From Phaeosaccion multiseriatum (lineage: Eukaryota; Protista; Ochrophyta, other classes): 64,000 bases of DNA. Every line of letters starts with the position of its first letter. Position 1 is the stretch's first letter. This document shows positions 59,101 through 64,000 of the stretch, one piece after another. The stretch covers positions 6,448,001 to 6,512,000 of the forward strand of contig OZ218950.1 in assembly GCA_965112735.1 (NCBI GenBank). The letters run 5' to 3'. The position numbers and the translations under genes are program-made. The notes beneath the pieces are model-generated. The model saw only the letters and a program-made list of their open reading frames with translations. It was not told the origin of the DNA and ran no database searches.

Positions 59101-61583
59101 CGGGGAGCAGCAGCCACGCCCACAAGGATGCACACGGAGGGGCCCATGGAGCAGGCAGTCAGAGCGCCCGGAGCATTGGTGGAGGAGGAGCGGGGGCTGG
59201 GGCAGGGGCCGGCGGCTCTACCTCTGTGCTTGTGGGGTCGTCAGGGCATCGCCAGCAGCAGAGCCCTGTGGTGAGGTCAAGAGCATGGGTGCTCAGGCTG
59301 GTGAGGGACGGGCTGCACACCAGCCAGGACATTGGTATGTCAGCCCGGAAACAAGTGCTGCCTCAGCTGCTCGCCCTTAGCGACTGCTGCCTGGCTCGTG
59401 GCAGTGGTCTGGGCGGCATGGAGGGGGGCAGAGAGGTCTTGCTCCATACCGTGGAGCTGCTCGAGCGTATTGTTGCTCTTCGGGTTTCTGGCACGAGGTA
59501 TCTGCTCGGCAACGTGGGATTCGTCGCGTGGTGCCAGGTGGTGTTCCATGCAGCAGCTGCAGCAGTTGGCGATACAGCAGCAGCAGCGCCATCATCGTCG
59601 ACTCTCGTGCGGCCAAGTACTCCTGGGCTGGCCCAATCCTCAGAGAAAGTGGACGTAGCAGCAACAGGAGGGGGGGGAGGGGGCGGAGGAGGAGGAGGAG
59701 GAGGAGGAGGAGGGGACCGCCTGCTTACTCACCCGATTCTGGCCCGGCTGTTGCGGGTGCTGACGCTGCTTCTGTCTGGAGCCCTGCAGCTGCGCACTAC
59801 CCCTATCTACCTGACGCTCGAGTACAGACAACTCGCACACAGCGTGGTGGCCATGGTGGGCATGCGCTATGGTCGCCGACCTTTCTTCTCAGGCGAGCAA
59901 TCCGGAGCCCCCAAGGGCAGCGGAGAGGTTCTGAGCGCGACGATTGCTCTTCTGACGGCTGTGCACAGAGCATCTTGCTCTCCTCCTCGTGCTACTGGTG
60001 TATCACCAACTGCTGGCAAAGCTGATAATGGTAGTACTGCCATTGGTGTTGGCAAGGGGGAATCTGCTTTCGTTGAAGGGAACCGCGGGTTGGGCTTGCT
60101 GGTGAGCGAGGCGGTGCTCCTCATTGGGGCTGTAGAGAAGGGGGCGCCGCGACTCGATGGAGGTGGTGGTGGAGGAAGAGGAGGAAGAGGAGGAGGAGCG
60201 CGTCAGGAGAAGGAGCGGTTACGGAATGACTTGCTATCCTTGCTGAGCGGCAAGAACTGCCTACGTAGACATACCGCTCCTTCGGAGGACGTTGGCACGC
60301 TGGTGAAGTGGTGCATCCATGTTGGGCAGACCCATGCCTCGCCTATGGCGTTGAGGAATGCGTTCACCGTCGTGCAGAGGGTGGTGGGCTGGGGTCGAGG
60401 AGCTTTGCCGACGAGCGCGGAGGAAGCACTAGGCGGCCAAAGACAGGCAGCAGTTGGTCATACAGAGCCAGCAGGAGGAGGAGAGTTTCCGAGTCGAGGA
60501 GGAGGCTCAGGGAGCGGGGCGGTGCACTTGATGGGTCAGGAGGCGTCGGTAGCGTCGATTCGCGCCTTCATGCGCGTGCACCGCGCCCCTTACGGCCCGG
60601 CGGAGTGGCAGTGTGGGGCACTGGTGCTGCATCTGCTGCGAGAGATGGTTGGGGATTGCCCGGGCGTCACGGCCGCTCCTCCTCCTCCTCCTCCTCCTCC
60701 TCCTCCTCCTCCTCCTGTATCGCCAACTGCTGGTAATGCTGCGACTGCTGCTACGGGAAGTGCCGAAGTCGCTGAGGTGTCGTCTGCTCTTCCCTCCCTG
60801 GCCCGCCCTGCGACGCAGATGGTCGTCAGAGGCGTCATCAGCGCGCTCGGCGAGAGAATGTGCTCCTGCGCCCTCCAAGAGAAAGAGGAGGAGGAGGAGG
60901 AGGAGGAGGAGGATGGGGATGGCAGTGGACGTTCGCCCTCTCGTGCTGCGCGGAGGTGGATGCTTGAGACGGCGTATGCCGTTGTGGGTGCCATGGTGCT
61001 GAGTGATGGCGACGGAGATCAGGGACCGTCGGAGGTACCCAGCACGACGGGTGCAACAGCAGGACAGAGGGGCGAACTGGAGAGAGCGGGGCAGCAGCAG
61101 CAGCAGCAACACCACAGCTATCACCACCACTCAGGAGTTGATGCCGAAGCGGAGGCGGAAGCGTTGGCTTTCTGTGGAGATGTCATGGCAGCAGCGCATG
61201 CGGTGCCCGCAGGGCTTGCCACAGACACAGCAGTGACGGCCTTCTCTTGCCGAGTACAGGAAACTCTCGCCGCGGCGGTGTCGGTGTTGCAATTGGAAGG
61301 GGTTTCCGCGGGAGTTAGCGGCAGCGCTGTGTCACCATTTCAAGGCTCTTCGAGCAGGGGCAAGGACAGTACGGAAAAAGGCTCAGCGAGCAAGAGGAAG
61401 AGGGGAGGGGAGGAGGGCCGAGGGGTGGACAGGAGAGTGGGTGCGGGGAAGGCAGCACCCGGGGGGAGGACGAGGGCGAAAGGGAGAAAATCTGGGGAGA
61501 CTGAGTTGACGGCATCGTCCACTTCCACTCCCAAGAGCAAAAAGAAGAAGAAAGAGAGGAAGAGCATGTCGAGCAAGGAGTAG
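48665..61583 (+). CDS. URB1: Nucleolar pre-ribosomal-associated protein 1 (URB1/Npa1). Approximate exons 48665-48706, 48837-49274, 49520-52025, 52842-58484, ~58764-61583; one frameshift at the G-run ~50243
   Basis: Npa1 N-terminal motifs (YIEGSPQLQEMF, FLLAFL, DEPRTVELVLSCLHRHVL...KVLLF). NopRA1-type C-terminal motifs (YDPAFLLPL, GLLGYSLMATSS, MYPLINHFLLQRPFLD, RAWVLRLVRDGL). Confidence 0.85.
52115..52610 (+). repeat. Long imperfect (TCTG)n microsatellite in a URB1 intron
   Basis: About 500 bp of tetranucleotide repeats. Confidence 0.95.
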
Positions 61584-61795
61584 CCATGCTCTCTTTCTCT
61601 CTTTGTCTCTGGTCCTGCTATATGACCTGCTTGCCGTTTAAAATGTAAATAGTATGAATTCTGATCGGAAGATAGAAAGTGGGGAGGAGGGGCTTCGGCG
61701 AGCGAGTCAGGGGGGAGGGGGTAACGTCGTATTGTGCTCTGGAGCGTGTTGCGCAAAGCATCAGTTCATGAAGGAGGAACGGCAGGTGGGGCTGG

Positions 61796-61856
<61 letters not shown>

Positions 61857-62055
61857 GCGAGGGGTGCGTTTCAATAACGTCCAAACACCTGGCTGTGAGG
61901 GGTGTGTTTCCATAGCAATCCCACACCTGGCTGTGCGATCGTGTTCCAACCTCCCTTTATTTTTTTTTAACTTGTTCTTCAATTCCGCCCTTTGCACGAG
62001 AGTCTTAGACTCGGGGCGGACGGAAGGAGACCGATCAGTCCACTATTTTATATAG

Positions 62056-62270
62056 AGCAGACACACACGCACACACGTACAGGAGGCGTGTGTCGGAGGG
62101 GGGGGGGGGGGGGGTTACCAAAGCCAGGATGGATGGATGAAAGGTCCTGGAGGATCCATGCTCATGCAAAGGCCGCCGCCCGCCTACCCATCCATCGGAA
62201 GAGGCCTACGCTCACAGACAGCAAGAGGACGAGAGCGAGGGATAAGGATAAGCCCACTTCAAGGGAGATG
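62056..62270 (-). repeat. Dispersed ~230-bp repeat, copy 2 (homolog of 2575-2812)
   Basis: Its reverse complement matches copy 1. Confidence 0.8.
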
Positions 62271-62805
62271 CTCTGGTAAGTAGGAAACTCTATATTATTG
62301 CTATGATTACCCTACATGTAACTCTAATATGTGCACACAAGCCGGCAAAAGTGGAACAGCACAGTGCTCTCAACACAACACACGTAACGCATTACGTAAC
62401 ATCCCGTCTCAGCCCCACACCGCTCGAATCCTCTCCTGCTCGAGCCCCGCTGCGATGTGCCTGCCTTCATTCCAAGCTCCAGCGTCCCCTTCCCTGTGGT
62501 GTGTCTATCTGTGTTGCGCGTTCCATCCACCACTGCTACAGCAGCCAGAAGCAGATGAAACTGCTCCTGTGCTGCCGAGAAGGCGCACTCACACGCTCTG
62601 CTTGCACGAATCCCCCCCACCCCTTCTCCCCCTTTGCCTTGGCGCGATCTGTGGCAAGCCCCGGTCCAGGCACAGGGGCGACCTGACGCTCCTCCCGTCC
62701 ACGGCAGTATATCAGTATCCTCCATCCCCCGCGTCGAGACAAGGGCTCACCGTGACTTGAGAGGCTGCGCCCACAAGGTTCTTCGCTTTCCTTCGTGATC
62801 ATAGC

Positions 62806-63764
62806 CTAGGCCTTCTTCTTCTTCTTCTCCACGACCTTCTTGGGCTCAATCGCCTGCCACACCTTGGTTGCTAAGACGGCCCCGGCAGTGGGAGCCAACA
62901 GATACACAAAGGCGAAATCCGAAGTAAAGAAGTTGGGTACCGCGAAGTAGGCCCAAGACACGGCGATCATGGGGTTCATCGCAGGGCCAGTCCTTGCTCC
63001 AGCGCAAATGAGGCCTGTGGTACATGGAGAGGAGGGAAGGAGGGAAGGGCGGGGGGGGGGTGGGGTGGCAAAGAGGGAATGGGGGTGTGAGGGAAGGAAG
63101 GAAGGGGAGGGAAGAAGGGAAGGAAGGAAGGAAGGAAGAGGGACGAAAGGAAGTCACAGCGAGTTGCAGAACACCACCGCACGGCAGAGGAAGGTAAGAG
63201 AGACTTCGACCCTTGGGGCTGTTGTACTGAGACAGTGAGTCAGTGAATCCGTGAGTCAAGCAAGTCCGTCAGTCGAAGGCAGTCAGTCAATCAGTGAGGC
63301 ACTCATTTAGTCAGTCAGTCAGTGAGTGAGCCAGTCAGTGAGCTAGCCAATCAGCCAGTCAGTCCAGACAGTCCGTCAGTCAGCAGCTAGACACTTCTTC
63401 CCGTACTCTTCCACCAGTCTTTCAGTCCGCGGTCCGACACACCTCTGATGCCGGCGGCAATGCAAGGTCGCTGCGTCGGTAATCCGATTTGCGTGACCGA
63501 CACGTACACCAACAGAAGCAGAACAAAGGTCAGCCCGAACTCCCACATGGCACCCTCCTTGACCTCGGCGTCGTCAGCGAGAGTGGGGCCGCCCATCTCA
63601 ATGTAGGCAGGGAGGACCTTGGCGATGATGGGGAAGGCCACAATGCCACCGCACATCTGCCCTATGATGCGCACCACCATGGTTTGGAAGTCATTCCAGC
63701 CGTAAAAGAAGGTGGCCACAGATACAGAGGGGTTCACCTGAGAGCCGCCCGTGATGTAGTCGTG
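62806..63764 (-). CDS. Aquaporin/MIP, LIP/SIP-like, 5'-partial (exons 63764-63443, 63014-62806)
   Basis: GGSQVNPSVS (first NPx), 'GQMCGG', 'EFGLTFVLL' and TGPAMNPMIAVSW (second motif is NPM). C-terminal KKKKKA dilysine. Confidence 0.9.
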
Positions 63765-64000
63765 CTGTGAGGGTAAAAGAGTCGGAGCGGCAGCAGTGGC
63801 GGCGATGGTAGTAGGAGCAGTAGTAAGTGGTAGAAGGCACGAGGGGGGGGATGGCGTTCGCGCGTGTGTCAGTGTCGTGAGGACTCTCGAGGGGTGAGTC
63901 TTGACGCGGATCAGCTTGGATGACTTACGAGCATGACACAGAAGAAGTGCTGGATCCATCCGGACCAAGAGTCTCCGAGGAAGCTTCCAAAGGGAAAGAG

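Overview
Eukaryotic, intron-rich, microsatellite-rich DNA, most likely from a photosynthetic ochrophyte stramenopile. The evidence is signal peptide + 'AF/SF' plastid-targeting presequences, a CBS/PB1-tailed myosin and an NPM-motif aquaporin. Recognisable genes: a plastid DUF2834-like membrane protein, two CxxxGC...C..H (WRKY19-like) zinc-finger genes, an LRR/LRRcap gene, two ankyrin genes, a 15-exon myosin (IQ, 7 UVR-like repeats, 16 CBS, PB1, C-terminal TM), URB1/Npa1 and a partial aquaporin. The interval ~2.9-20.6 kb looks like an accessory region. What appears to be a ~295-bp satellite at 7.4-11 kb is a minus-strand array of exon+intron cassettes: 11 exons of exactly 168 nt (phase 1-1) plus a divergent twelfth. 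These belong to one in-frame 16-exon gene model (13133->6569, ~1535 aa) with a degenerate UDG-like domain and 12 mosaic 56-aa Cys/His repeats. The region also holds a TCGA-flanked MITE-like element and a truncated RPC1 5' fragment in frame with an orphan ORF. All gene models were derived by eye from splice signals and frame arithmetic; no database searches were run.
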